Source of the DNA: Azolla caroliniana | Lineage: Eukaryota > Plantae > Polypodiophyta | NCBI GenBank assembly: GCA_043228905.1 | Contig: JBHGNT010000020.1 | Location: 9,672,001 to 9,736,000 of the forward strand | Length of the DNA stretch: 64,000 bases | Direction of reading: 5' to 3' | Notes under the pieces: model-generated | The model's input: only the letters and a program-made list of their open reading frames with translations | Databases searched by the model: none | Told to the model about the DNA's origin: nothing | Made by a program: the position numbers and the translations under genes | Shown here: in pieces, positions 12,453-23,700 of the stretch | Layout of the letters: every line of letters starts with the position of its first letter | Position numbering within the stretch: position 1 is the first letter of the stretch

Positions 12453-13175
12453 TGTTGGGATTACGGTCCCTCCGGATGGGATGGTCAGATGTCCGGGAAT
12501 CGAGAATGAAGACCCCGGCTACGGAGCCGGATGATGAAGACCCGGTTCCGGATCCGGATGATGAAGACCCCGGCTATGGAGCCGGATGATGAAGACCCGG
12601 TTCCGGATCCAGATGATGAAGACCCCGGCTACGGAGCCGGATGATGAAGACCCTGGCTACGGAGCCGGATGACGAATGTACCCGGAGAGAGATCCGGATG
12701 CGGGGACATATTTGTGAATATGTTTGCCAAGGGCCCTTACGGCTATATTTGTAAATAGTCCGAAAGTCATATGTGTATAAATATGACTTAGGGCAAACTG
12801 TTTAGGGCTGCTGGCTGTAAGTTGTTGCTGTAGGTTATTGCTCATTTTTTCTGTTTCTCCATTTTAGAGGGAGCGAAGTGAGAGCAGCCGAGAGAGAGAG
12901 AGAGAGAGAGACGAAGAGGTTGTTGCCTCTGTGTATTACCGCCGCCTGTGGCGAAGACAGTGAGCTCAAGGTTGTTGCCTTGTAGCTTCACCATTGTACA
13001 TCTCTGTTCATAGTGATAGTTGGAGTTTGAGGACTCCCGTGGTTTTTCCCATTTAGGGTTTTCCACGTAAAACATCCTGTGCACTCTTCTCTCTATTGTC
13101 TTCGTGCATTGTGTATTTCCTGTTTTCTGTGAGTTGATCCTATTCCTCGGTTGTGGCCGAGCACTGTGTTTAATA
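12453..13175 (+). repeat. A1 5' LTR with six 27-28 bp U3 repeats
   Basis: Near-identical to 17841-18577; unit gaagaccccggctacggagccggatgat. Confidence 0.95.
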
Positions 13176-16100
13176 AAGTGGTATCAGAGCGACGGTAACA
13201 CAGAAAATGGAAGGCGGCGGTAGTGGGCCTCCGGGCATGATGGTGTTGAACTCACAGAACTACGCCGACTGGAAGATAAAGATGGAAGACCTTCTCATCG
13301 TCCGAGACCTGTACGAACCGATCGACAATGCCGAGATACCCAAGGGGGTAATAGAGTCGGAGTGGAAGCTCCTGAACCGGAAAGCTGTAGCGACGATCCG
13401 GCAATATGTCGATGTAAGTGTTTTGCAACATGTGGCGAACGATACGAACGCCTATGAGATGTGGCAGAAGCTGTCCGGACTGTATGAGAGGAAGAATGCT
13501 CTGACCCGGACCTCCCTGATGAGGAAGATAGTGAATCTTAAGTACCGGGACGGCGAGAGCATGGTCGAACACGTCAGCACGTTCATGGGATTCGTGAACC
13601 AGCTTGCGGCGATCAAGTTCCCGTTGGATGACGCAATGCAAGCCATCATGCTGATGTGTACCCTTCTGGAGAGCTGGGATAACTTGGTAGTTACTCTCAG
13701 CACCTCCTGTAAGGAAGAGAACTTGTCTTTACTAACGGTAAAGACAAGTATTCTAAATGAAGAAGCGCGTCGGAGAGATAAAGAACCGGCCTCCGACTCG
13801 AAGGCGCTGCTTACCGAATCGGAACGGGGAAGACAACGGAACCGGAGTCCGCAAAGACGGGAGAAGTCGGGGACACGGTCGCAGTCGAGGGGAAGACCTA
13901 CATGCTTCTACTGTGGGAAGCCGGGGCACTTCCAGAAGAACTGTCGGCATTTCTGGAAAGACAACGGAACCGACGGTACCGATTCGAAGAAGTCACCGGA
14001 GCGATATGGTGCATACCGGGGAGCCACGGACCGGAGAGGTACGGATCGGCGAGGGCAGGACCGGAAAGGAACGACGGCACTCGCGGCAAGTGAAGAGGAG
14101 ATCATGCTCATCACCGAAGAAGGTGAACTAAACATTGCCGGAGATGAGACTACCTGGGTGGTCGATTCCGGAGCGTCGTTCCACCTGACCCCGGAAAGAA
14201 GATACTTCTCATCCTACACAGCCGGCGAGCATGGCTGTGTTCGGATGGGAAATGAAGGTACGTGCCGGATTGCCGACATAGGAGACGTGTGGCTGATGAC
14301 ATCAACCGGATGCAAAATGTTGCTGAAGGATGTCCGACACGTTCCGGAGGTTCGATTGAACCTGATTTCGGCCGGGAGGCTAGACGATGAAGGCTACACC
14401 GGTAGCATCCGGAACGGCGAAATGAAGTTCAGCAAGGGGAGTCTGATAGTGGCTCGGGCCCGGAAAGTCAACACACTGTACCTTATGAATGCCTGGTTGT
14501 GTCCGGAGGAGTTGAACGTGGCAGCCGACACTGCCGGTGAGCTGTGGCACAAGAGACTGTGGCACATGAGTGAGAAGGGGATGAAGAGGCTTGCAGAAGA
14601 CAACCTTATTCCAGTGAAGCATGTGCACCTGGAGAAGTGCACCGATTGCCTGGCCGGTAAGCAGAACCGAACCTCCTTCCACTCAAGGCCACCGACGAGA
14701 CGTAGCGCACCATTGGAGTTGGTGCACACTGACGTGTGTCAAGTAGAAACGAAGTCACATGGCGGAGCCCAGTACTTCGTGACATTCATTGATGACCACA
14801 GCCGGAAGCTGTGGACGGCACCGTTGAAGACAAAGGACCAAGTATTGTCCGTCTTCAAAGAACTCCACGCGAGAGTGGAAAGGGAATCCGGCAAGAAGCT
14901 GAAAGCACTATGAGCGGATAACGGAGGAGAATACCGAGGGCAATTTGAGGAGTATTGCCGTTTGATGGGAATCCGGCTAGAGTTTACTATGCCGAAGACG
15001 CCGGAACTGAACGGGCTGGCCGAGAGGATGAACCAGACCATAATGGAGAGGGTCCGGAGTATGCTGGCGCATGCGAAATTACCCAAGGGGTTTTGGGCTG
15101 AGGCAATGTCGACGGCGACATACGTGATAAACAGATCACCCTCAGTACCTTTGGACGGAGACACGCCACAGAGAGTGTGGATCGGTAAGGAAGTGTCCTA
15201 CCGGCATTTGAAGGTGTTCGGGTGTCTCGCATACGTGCATGTTGCAAAGGACCGGAGAGGAAAGTTAGATCCAAAGACCCGGCCATGCATATTCCTCGGT
15301 TACGGCGACGACGAGTTCGGCTACCGAGTATGGGACCCGGTCGACAAGAAGATATTCAGGAGTCGAGATATCATCTTCATGGAGGACAAGACACTCGCCG
15401 ACTGGGAGTCGGAGAAGAAGATGAAGAGCTCCAAGTCGACCGGTGAGGATCAACTGTACGAAGAGCAGTCCCGACCGGTAAGGGACCGGTTAGCACTCGA
15501 GGATCCGGCCGAAGACGGTGAAGAAATAGAACCGGCCGAGGAAGATGAAACTGATACCGGAACCGGCCCCGATCCCGAAATGGATTCGGATGAAGAGGAA
15601 ATGGAGGAGCCGGTTACCGAAACTCCGGAACGGAGATATCCTCTAAGAGAGATAAGGGCCCCCCGGAGATTTCCGGAACCAGAGCACGTGCTGTTAACCG
15701 ACGAGGGGGAGCCGGAGAGTTTTGAAGAAGCAAAGCTTGACACCCATAGCCGCAGGTGGTTAAGTGCCATGCAGAAGGAGATGGATTCCCTGCATGAGAA
15801 CCACACATATGAACTTGTGGAGTTGCCGAAAGGAAAGCGGGCACTTCGAAACAAGTGGGTGTTCAAGCTGAAACCGGGAGATGCCGGCAACCCCCCGAGA
15901 TACAAAGCTAGGATCGTGGTGAAGGGGTTCCAGCAGAAGAAGGGCGTCGACTTCGACGAGATATTTGCCCCGGTAGTGAAGATGACCTCCATCCGGACGG
16001 TGCTGAGCATAGCGGCAAGCATGGACCTCGAGGTAGAACAGATGGACGTGAAGACGGCATTCCTTCACGGTGACCTCGAAGAAGAGATCTACATGCAGCA

Positions 16101-16414
16101 ACAGGAAGGATTCGAGAAGAAAGGGAAGGAGCACCTGGTATGCCGGTTGAAGAAGAGCCTTTACGGACTGAAGCAGGCTCCCCGGTAATGGTACCGGAAG
16201 TTCGACTCTTTCATGACCGACGAAGGGTACCACAAAACGCAGTCCGATCACTGCGTGTTTGTGAAGAAGTTCGAAGGAGGAGACTTTCTAATACTCCTCC
16301 TGTACGTGGACGACATGTTGATCGTCGGACGGGACCAGGTCAAGATACGGATGCTGAAGAAGGCTCTTCACCGAACCTTCTCAATGAAGGACTTGGGTCC
16401 GGCGAGGCAAATAC

Positions 16415-16959
16415 CATTGTATCATTTGTTTATGCAATAGAGTGTCTTTTGTGCCTCTTTGTCTCTCTCTCTCTCTCTCTCTGTGCAACGACCTACGAAC
16501 AGTCATACACAGGGAATAAACAGGAATCGAGTGCTTCTCGATCTTCCGCACAGACGACATTGCTTCCAACATCTGGTATCAGAGCAGGATGGTTCCCGAC
16601 AACCGACATCAGCTCCTTAATGATCGGCTTCAACTGTTCCGACCCGACCAGTTCGGTCTTCTGTCTTCGGATCCTGTCGACTCGAACAAAGCTGATATGT
16701 CCGAGAACCTAAGTCTATACCTGTAATCTTAGATAACCCATGTATACGCCCATTACGGGGGAGTGTCGAATACATGTGTATAATGGACGTATTCACACCA
16801 TCCCGTCTCGGCCATTTATGTAATTAGCATAAAGGGTAGTTGCCCTAAGTCGGTCACTATATATAGTGACCGACTTAGGGCAACTACCCTTTATGCTAAT
16901 TACATAAATGGCCGAGACGGGATGGTGTGAATACGTCCATTATACACATGTATTCGACA
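16415..16959 (+). mobile_element. Rearranged non-autonomous TRIM-like element inside A1 RT
   Basis: TSD AATAC; partial LTR ending ..ccaaca; PBS-Met ~16574; ~180-bp non-coding interior; PPT GGGGGAG; then LTR start tgtcga. Confidence 0.85.
16764..16959. repeat. Perfect 196-bp spacerless palindrome
   Basis: tgtcgaatacatg...cacTATATATAgtg...catgtattcgaca, axis at 16861/16862. Confidence 0.97.
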
Positions 16960-17840
16960 AATACTAGGGATGCACATCATCCGGGACCGGAGGAAGAAGC
17001 AGTTGTGGCTGTCACAGGAGAAGTACGTGACAAAGGTGCTTCAATGGTTCAACATGTCGGAAGCAAGACCGGTCGGATCAACCCTCCCGGCGAACTGCAA
17101 GTTGTCCAGCAAGCAAAGCCCCAAGACAAAGGCTGAGAAGGAGGACATGATGAAAGTACCATATGCCTCTGCCGTCGGAAGCTTGATGTACGCAATGGTG
17201 TGTACAAGACCGGACATAGGATATGCAGTCGGAGTGGTGAGCCGGTACATGAGCAATCCCGGCAAAGAGCACTGGAACTCGGTCAAGTGGATACTCCGAT
17301 ACCTGAAGGGCACGACAAACGTGTGCCTCCGATTCGGCTTCGGTAAGCCCGAACTCGACGGCTTTACCGATTCGGATATGTCGGCTGATGCAGATACCAG
17401 CCGGTCCACATCAGGGTATGTGATGACGTATGCAGGGGGAGCTGTTTCGTGGCAGTCGAGGCTGCAGAAGACGGTTGCATTGTCAACCACGGAGGCGGAG
17501 TACATGGCGGCTGTTGAAGCCGGCAAGGAAATGATATGGATGAAGGACTTCATTAGAGAGCTCGGTATCCGGCAGGAGGAGTACCGACTCTACTGCGACA
17601 GTCAGAGTGCCATCCACCTTGCGAAGAACGCGGCCTATCACTCCCGGACGAAGCACATCCAGCGAAGATATCACTGGATCCGGGAAAGGATAGAAGACCA
17701 GGAGTTCGTGCTGACGAAGATCCACACATGGGAGAACGGGTCAGATATGCTGACCAAAGTGCTCACACCCGACAAGCTGGAAGCGTGCCGGAAGAGGGTC
17801 GGACTGGAAAGACATCCCATGCCGAAGTGAAGGGGGAGTT

Positions 17841-18275
17841 TGTTGGGATTACGGTTCCTCCGGATGGGATGGTCAGATGTCCGGGAATCGAGAATGAAGA
17901 CCCCGGCTACGGAGCCGGATGATGAAGACCCCGGCTATGGAGCCGGATGATGAAGACCCGGTTCCGGATCCGGATGATGAAGACCCCGGCTACGGAGCCG
18001 GATGATGAAGACCCGGTTCCGGATCCGGATGATGAAGACCCCGGCTACGGAGCCGGATGACGAATGTACCCGGAGAGAGATCCAGATGCGGGGACATATT
18101 TGTGAATATGTTTGCCAAGGGCCCTTGAGGCTATATTTGTAAATAGTCCGAAAGTCATATGTGTATAAATATGACTTAGGGCAAACTGTTTAGGGTTGCT
18201 GGCTGTAAGTTGTTGCTGTAGGTTATTGCTCATTTTTTCTGTTTCTCCATTTTTGAGGGAGCGAAGTGAGAGCAG

Positions 18276-18314
<39 letters not shown>

Positions 18315-18577
18315 GAAGAGGTTGTTGCCTCTGTGTATTACCGCCGCCTGTGGCGAAGACAGTGAGCTCAAGGTTGTTGCCTTGTAGCTTCACCATTGTA
18401 CATCTCTGTTCATAGTGATAGTTGGAGTTTGAGGACTCCCGTGGTTTTTCCCATTTAGGGTTTTCCACGTAAAACATCCTGTGCACTCTTCTCTCTATTG
18501 TCTTCGTGCATTGTGTATTTCCTGTTTTCTGTGAGTTGATCCTATTCCTCGGTTGTGGCCGAGCACTGTGTTTAATA
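17841..18577 (+). repeat. A1 3' LTR
   Basis: Follows the PPT and is followed by TSD ATTAG. Confidence 0.95.
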
Positions 18578-18909
18578 ATTAGTCTTGGCTACTAATAGCC
18601 TTCCGGTTCCCGCTCGAATCCGGCTCTCCGATCCGGCCGGTTGTTTCCGAATACCGATCCAGCTCATCCTTCCGGATGCCGATCTGGCTCTGGCTTATTC
18701 AGCCGATCCAGATCCGGTTGAGCTTGTTGATGCGTTCGTGTCCGCTTGGCCTTTAGTTGATTTGACTTCTCCGAATCTTGAACTGAATTGGTTTCCTTCG
18801 ATTCGTTCCAGCTCTTGTCCAAATCGGTTGCTCTCGATTCATTTCGGCTCTTGTTCGAGTTGGTGTTCTCCAACTTGTCATCTGTATTCAGGCCCTTCAC
18901 CATATCAGA

Positions 18910-20737
18910 CTATGTCCGAGTCTTGGCCTTCTCCTTACGGTCGACTCTATCCTTCTTGACTCTATTGCCGCTGCCACTCGTTCCGACTTGTTCGGATGTG
19001 TCGACTTCCTTCGTCGACTCAACTTCCTTTTTCCCTTTGTCGGTTCTTTCTTCCTCTCTAGCTCCTTGTTCGGTGCCATCTGTTCCCTTTCCTTTTCTCC
19101 CCCTCAAGTGCGGCACGTCGAGATGCTGAACACCAAACATTTTGGTGAAGTCTTGTGACTTGTCCGATTCGAGCGGTTTGGTGAAGATATCGGCAACTTG
19201 CTGATTTGTCTGAACATACCGAAGTTCAACTTCACCGCTCAAAACCCGCTCACACACAAAGTGATAGTGAACTTCTATGTGATTTGTCCGAGCATGGAAC
19301 ACGAGGTTCTTGGCGAGCTAAATGTTGATCATGTTGTCACAGTAGATCAGGATCAAGGTCGGTACCTCAATCCGCAGGTCTTGCAGCAGTCGCCGAAGCT
19401 AGATGGCTTCACAGGTGGCATTGGTAGCACCTCGATATTCAACCTCAGTGCTCGACAGAGCCACTGTTGGCTGCTTCTTGTTGCTCCACGCAACAACTGC
19501 ACTACCTAGAGAAAACATGTAACCGGAGGTGGATCGGCGATCTGATGCATCACCAACCCAGTCGGCATCGGTATATCCGATTAGCTTCCCAGTTATACCA
19601 TGTCGGTATAACAGTCCCTAATCCTTCATGCTGCTAACATACTGGAGTATCTGGTATGCGCACTGACGGTGCTCGACGGTCGGCCTTTGCATGAACTGGT
19701 TGATCACTCCGACCGGGTAACTGAGGTCGGATCGAGTAATTGTCAGGTATATGAGGCTTCCGACAATTTGTCGGAACCATTTCTCATTGCAGGCTGGTTT
19801 GGAGTTGGGACGGAGCTTCTGGTTTTGGTCCAGGGGTGTGGAGACAGGTCGACATTACGTCATGCCGAACTTGTACAACATATTCAACACATAATGTCGT
19901 TGTGAGAGTAATATGCCGTGAGGGGTTCGGATCACCTTGATCCTAAGGAAATAATGAAGGTCCCCCAGATCCTTCATCTCAAATGTGTCTGACAGCTGGG
20001 CTTTGACATGGTCGATTTCAATGAGTCTAGGTCCGGTGATGACTAAATCATCTACATTAAGTAAGATGCAAACCGGACCGTCCAGACCTTGCCGGATGAG
20101 CAACGATGAGTCGGATTTAGAGGTCACAAACCCCATCTTACGCAACTGGTGTGTGATCTTCGCATTCCAAGCTCGGGGGGCTTGTTTTAGATCGTAAAGC
20201 GACTTCTTAAGCCTGAACACCGCCGACTTGTTCATCTCCGACTGAAAACCGGGAGGTTGGATCATATGGACCTGTTCTGCAATGTCACCTTGAAGAAACA
20301 CATTCTTCACGTCCATCTAGTGAAGATGCCACCCCCTTGCCGCAGCAACCGCCAGTACCACACGAATCGTCATCATCTTCGCTATTAGAGCGAAGGTCTC
20401 ATCGTAGTCGATTCCATGAGTCCGCGTATCCCTTCGCCACTAACCGAGCCTTGTACTGGTTAACCGAACCGTCGACATTGTACTTTACCTGTACACCCAC
20501 TTGCATCTGATCGGTTTACAGTGTTGGGGAGGGTCAACGAGGTCCCATGTGTCGTTGGCATCGAGTGCCTGCATTTCTTCCTCCATAGCGGCACACCAAT
20601 TTGCATCCTTTGCCGCTTCTGCGTAGCTCTCCGGCTCACGCACTTCCGCCACTTTGGTCATGTACGCATAGTGATGTGCCATGTGCTCATTGTACCCGTA
20701 CCGCGTAATAGGGTTCTTCTGGCGGGAAGACTAGCGT
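18910..20737 (-). pseudogene. Element B RT-RNase H remnant
   Basis: EPESYAEA, MDVKNVFLQG, LKKSLY.LKQAPRAW, VDD, FHARTNHIEVHYHFV, QVADIFTKPL; many stops. Confidence 0.9.
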
Positions 20738-23700
20738 TGTCGTGCCTTTCGGCTCCGGATCGTTGCGTTTTGGACTAGGAGAAAAGAAAATTCTACGGCA
20801 ATGAAGAATATGAAATACGTTGTAAGAAAGAAAGATATGAAAAACTCGTGAATCCCACGAGTATAGTGTATTAGTGAGTACTCAGATTAAGAGAGAAAAA
20901 TAGTTAGCAAATTCGTGAATCCCACGATTATATTATATTAATCCACCCTTGTAAAATAAGCAACAACCCCCATACATCATTCTCTCCTCCTAATATAAGG
21001 ATGGAAGAGGCTAAACATAGCTTCATGTTTTTTTCTAAAGAGTTCATGCACACTAAATGTGCATGAGTTGCCTTTTTACACTATGCTTTTATTTCCTAAA
21101 CATAGTGCTCATGCTTGCTAGATGTGCATGAGTCATTTTTTATTGGTGTACATTTTTCTTATAAATAAAGTATTCACGTATTGTAAAAAAAGCATGACTT
21201 TCCTTTTAATAAAGGTAGGCGTAAATAAAGGTCTTATACATATTAAATCTATATTTAAAACACTTAGGATAAGTTAGTACAATGGTAAGTTTGGGGTTTG
21301 CCTACGTGGAGGTACAGGGTTTGAATCTTGCCCTATGCACGTAATAAATATTTTAAATTTTTTATTTTATTTATTATATGTACTTTAAATCGGATATAGT
21401 ATTTTACATATTTCACATAGTGTGTGATTCACGCTACGACACTCGCCCCCTCCGAACCCGCACATCCTACGGTATGTGCCGAAGTCCCCGATGCTTGCTA
21501 TTCACCTTCATCCGAAGCTTCCTCCGATTCTCCCCTTAAGTCGACTATGAGTTGTAATCCACTTTCTTCGCTTCCCGCATCACCGTGATCTTCGTCCGAT
21601 TGCTCCTTCTTGTCGGTCTTGTCTAGGATCACATAGGGTTCTTCATCAGTCCGCTTCTTGAAAATCTTCACCCGTTTCCCGGCTATAGGCACTCGTAGCA
21701 TCGTTCCATCCAACTCGCATAGTCGGTAAGTTCCGTTGTCGAAAACTTTCCGAACCTCGTATGGACCGAACCACCTTTTCGCGAACTTCTACATCGTTGT
21801 ATGTTGATGATCCAAACTACTGTCGTAGACAATCACCCAATCTCCTTCTTCAATCTTCCGCGGTCGTAGTCGGTGCTTTGTGTTGAACCAACTTTTATTC
21901 TGGAATCACGCTTCTTGTTGTCGGCATATTGCTTGTGCTATGTCTTCTGGTCTTCCCTCTAGTTGTCGTATCTGAACCGCTAGTAGTTCTTCTCGGCTCA
22001 TCTCTTCCTTCCACGGTAGCACTGTCCATGTCACAATCGCGGTTTCCGTTGGCATCACCGGTGCTTGTCCGGTCATGAGTTCTGCCGGCATGTAACCGGT
22101 TACGGAGCTATGCGTCGTCTGATCCGCCCATAGTGCATATTGAAGCATCTGCAACCAATCCTTCACCCTTCCATCGCATGCCTTCGCAAGTGCTTTGACG
22201 ATCGGACTATGTCCTCGTTCGATCTTCCTGTTGGCTTCTGGATTGTATGCCGTTGTCAGTGTTAACCGAACTCCATGTTTGGTGAAGAATTCCTTAGCTT
22301 TATCAGAGTCGAGTTCTCCCAGATCCGCAATCACTTGTCCTACACACCCGTACATGCAAAACACCTCCTCCAAAAGAAATTGGCATAATGCAGAACACGT
22401 TTTCCTTCGTAACGCCCGACCTTCTACTTGGTTTGTGAGATCTTCCCGAGCTAACACCAAGTACTTCTTTTGTTCGATTCCGGTTGGCATGGCTACAATA
22501 TCGACCATCCATTTGAAGTTGATTGTCGGTGAGAATGTCGGATGTAACTCATGTCGGTGTCGAACTCCGGAGTAGATTTGACACTTCTCGCAGCTTTCCG
22601 TGAACTCCGCTATATCTTTGTACATGTTCTTCCACCAATATTTTTGTTTGATTTTCACTAAAGTTGCCCACGTTCCTCGATGTCCAACCCAATCGGATTC
22701 GTGAAACTCGGACATTATTTGGTTTCGTTGCTCTTTCGTCCCGACTACCCGAAGTGGTATGCCATCCGGTCTTTTCAGCTCCCTCCATATTAATCCATTT
22801 CTCAAGAAGAACTTTCGGACTTGCCGCTTCTTACTTCGGATCTCAACTCTCTTCTCTTTATTGTCTGATGATTCCTCAATTTCTTGTAGCACTTTCCCGA
22901 TCAGCAAGCTTTCTCCCTCGTATTCTTCTTCCCGGAATTCTCGGATTATGTTCACCCGGCATATGTGCTCCGAAGCAAAGTAGTCTTCGGAAACTTCTTC
23001 ATTATCGGATTCAGTTATGTCATCTCCGAACCGCGTCCTTGATAGCATATCCGCTACCGCGTTGTCTTTTCCGGAGATGTGTCGTACCTCTGGATTAAGT
23101 GACTTAACATATGCAATCCACCTTAGCATAGCCACATCCGGTATCGTGCAACACCTCATCATCCCGAGTATCGGAAGACAATCCGTTTCGATCACTACTT
23201 CGGCTCCGATCAAATAATCTCGATCCGATTTGATTGCCGACATGAATCCCCATAATTCTCTTTTGACTTGTGCATATCCGCGTTGCCTTTCATTGAGAAC
23301 CTTTGCTCTGAATCGGATCAGATATCGCGAACCATCCGAGTCGGCTTGATTGATGACCCATCCGATTCCGGTTGTACTTGTGTCAACCGTTACTATGATT
23401 GGTCGGTCATAGTTCGGCTTCTTTGGTGCTTTTGCCTTCCGTAGTGATTTCTTGAGCTTCTTCATGACTTTGGTATGCTCCGGTTTCCATTCGAATTTCT
23501 TACCCTTCCGCAACAAGTGATAGAGTGGGTCCGCAATATGTGCATAGTGTGGAATCCATATGTGGTAGAATGCACATGCCCCGAGAAACGGACTTCGGAT
23601 TGTGACTCACATACTTCTTTCATAGCTTGAATCGCGTCGATCTTGGTTTGTGACGGTCTTCGGCCGTAGGGCCCACATAGATGTCCGACTACCAATATTT

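Larger units (their letters stand above)
13207..17830 (+). pseudogene. A1 gag-pol polyprotein, interrupted
   Basis: CFYCGKPGHFQKNC, VVDSGAS, integrase VHTDVC/FIDDHSR, RT YVDD, RNase H; stops at 14911 and 16186; insertion 16415-16959. Confidence 0.95.
12453..18577 (+). mobile_element. Element A1: full-length Ty1/Copia (Tnt1/Tork-like) LTR retrotransposon
   Basis: LTRs 12453-13175 and 17841-18577; TSD ATTAG; PBS-Met TGGTATCAGAGC at 13179; PPT GAAGGGGGAG before the 3' LTR. Confidence 0.97.
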
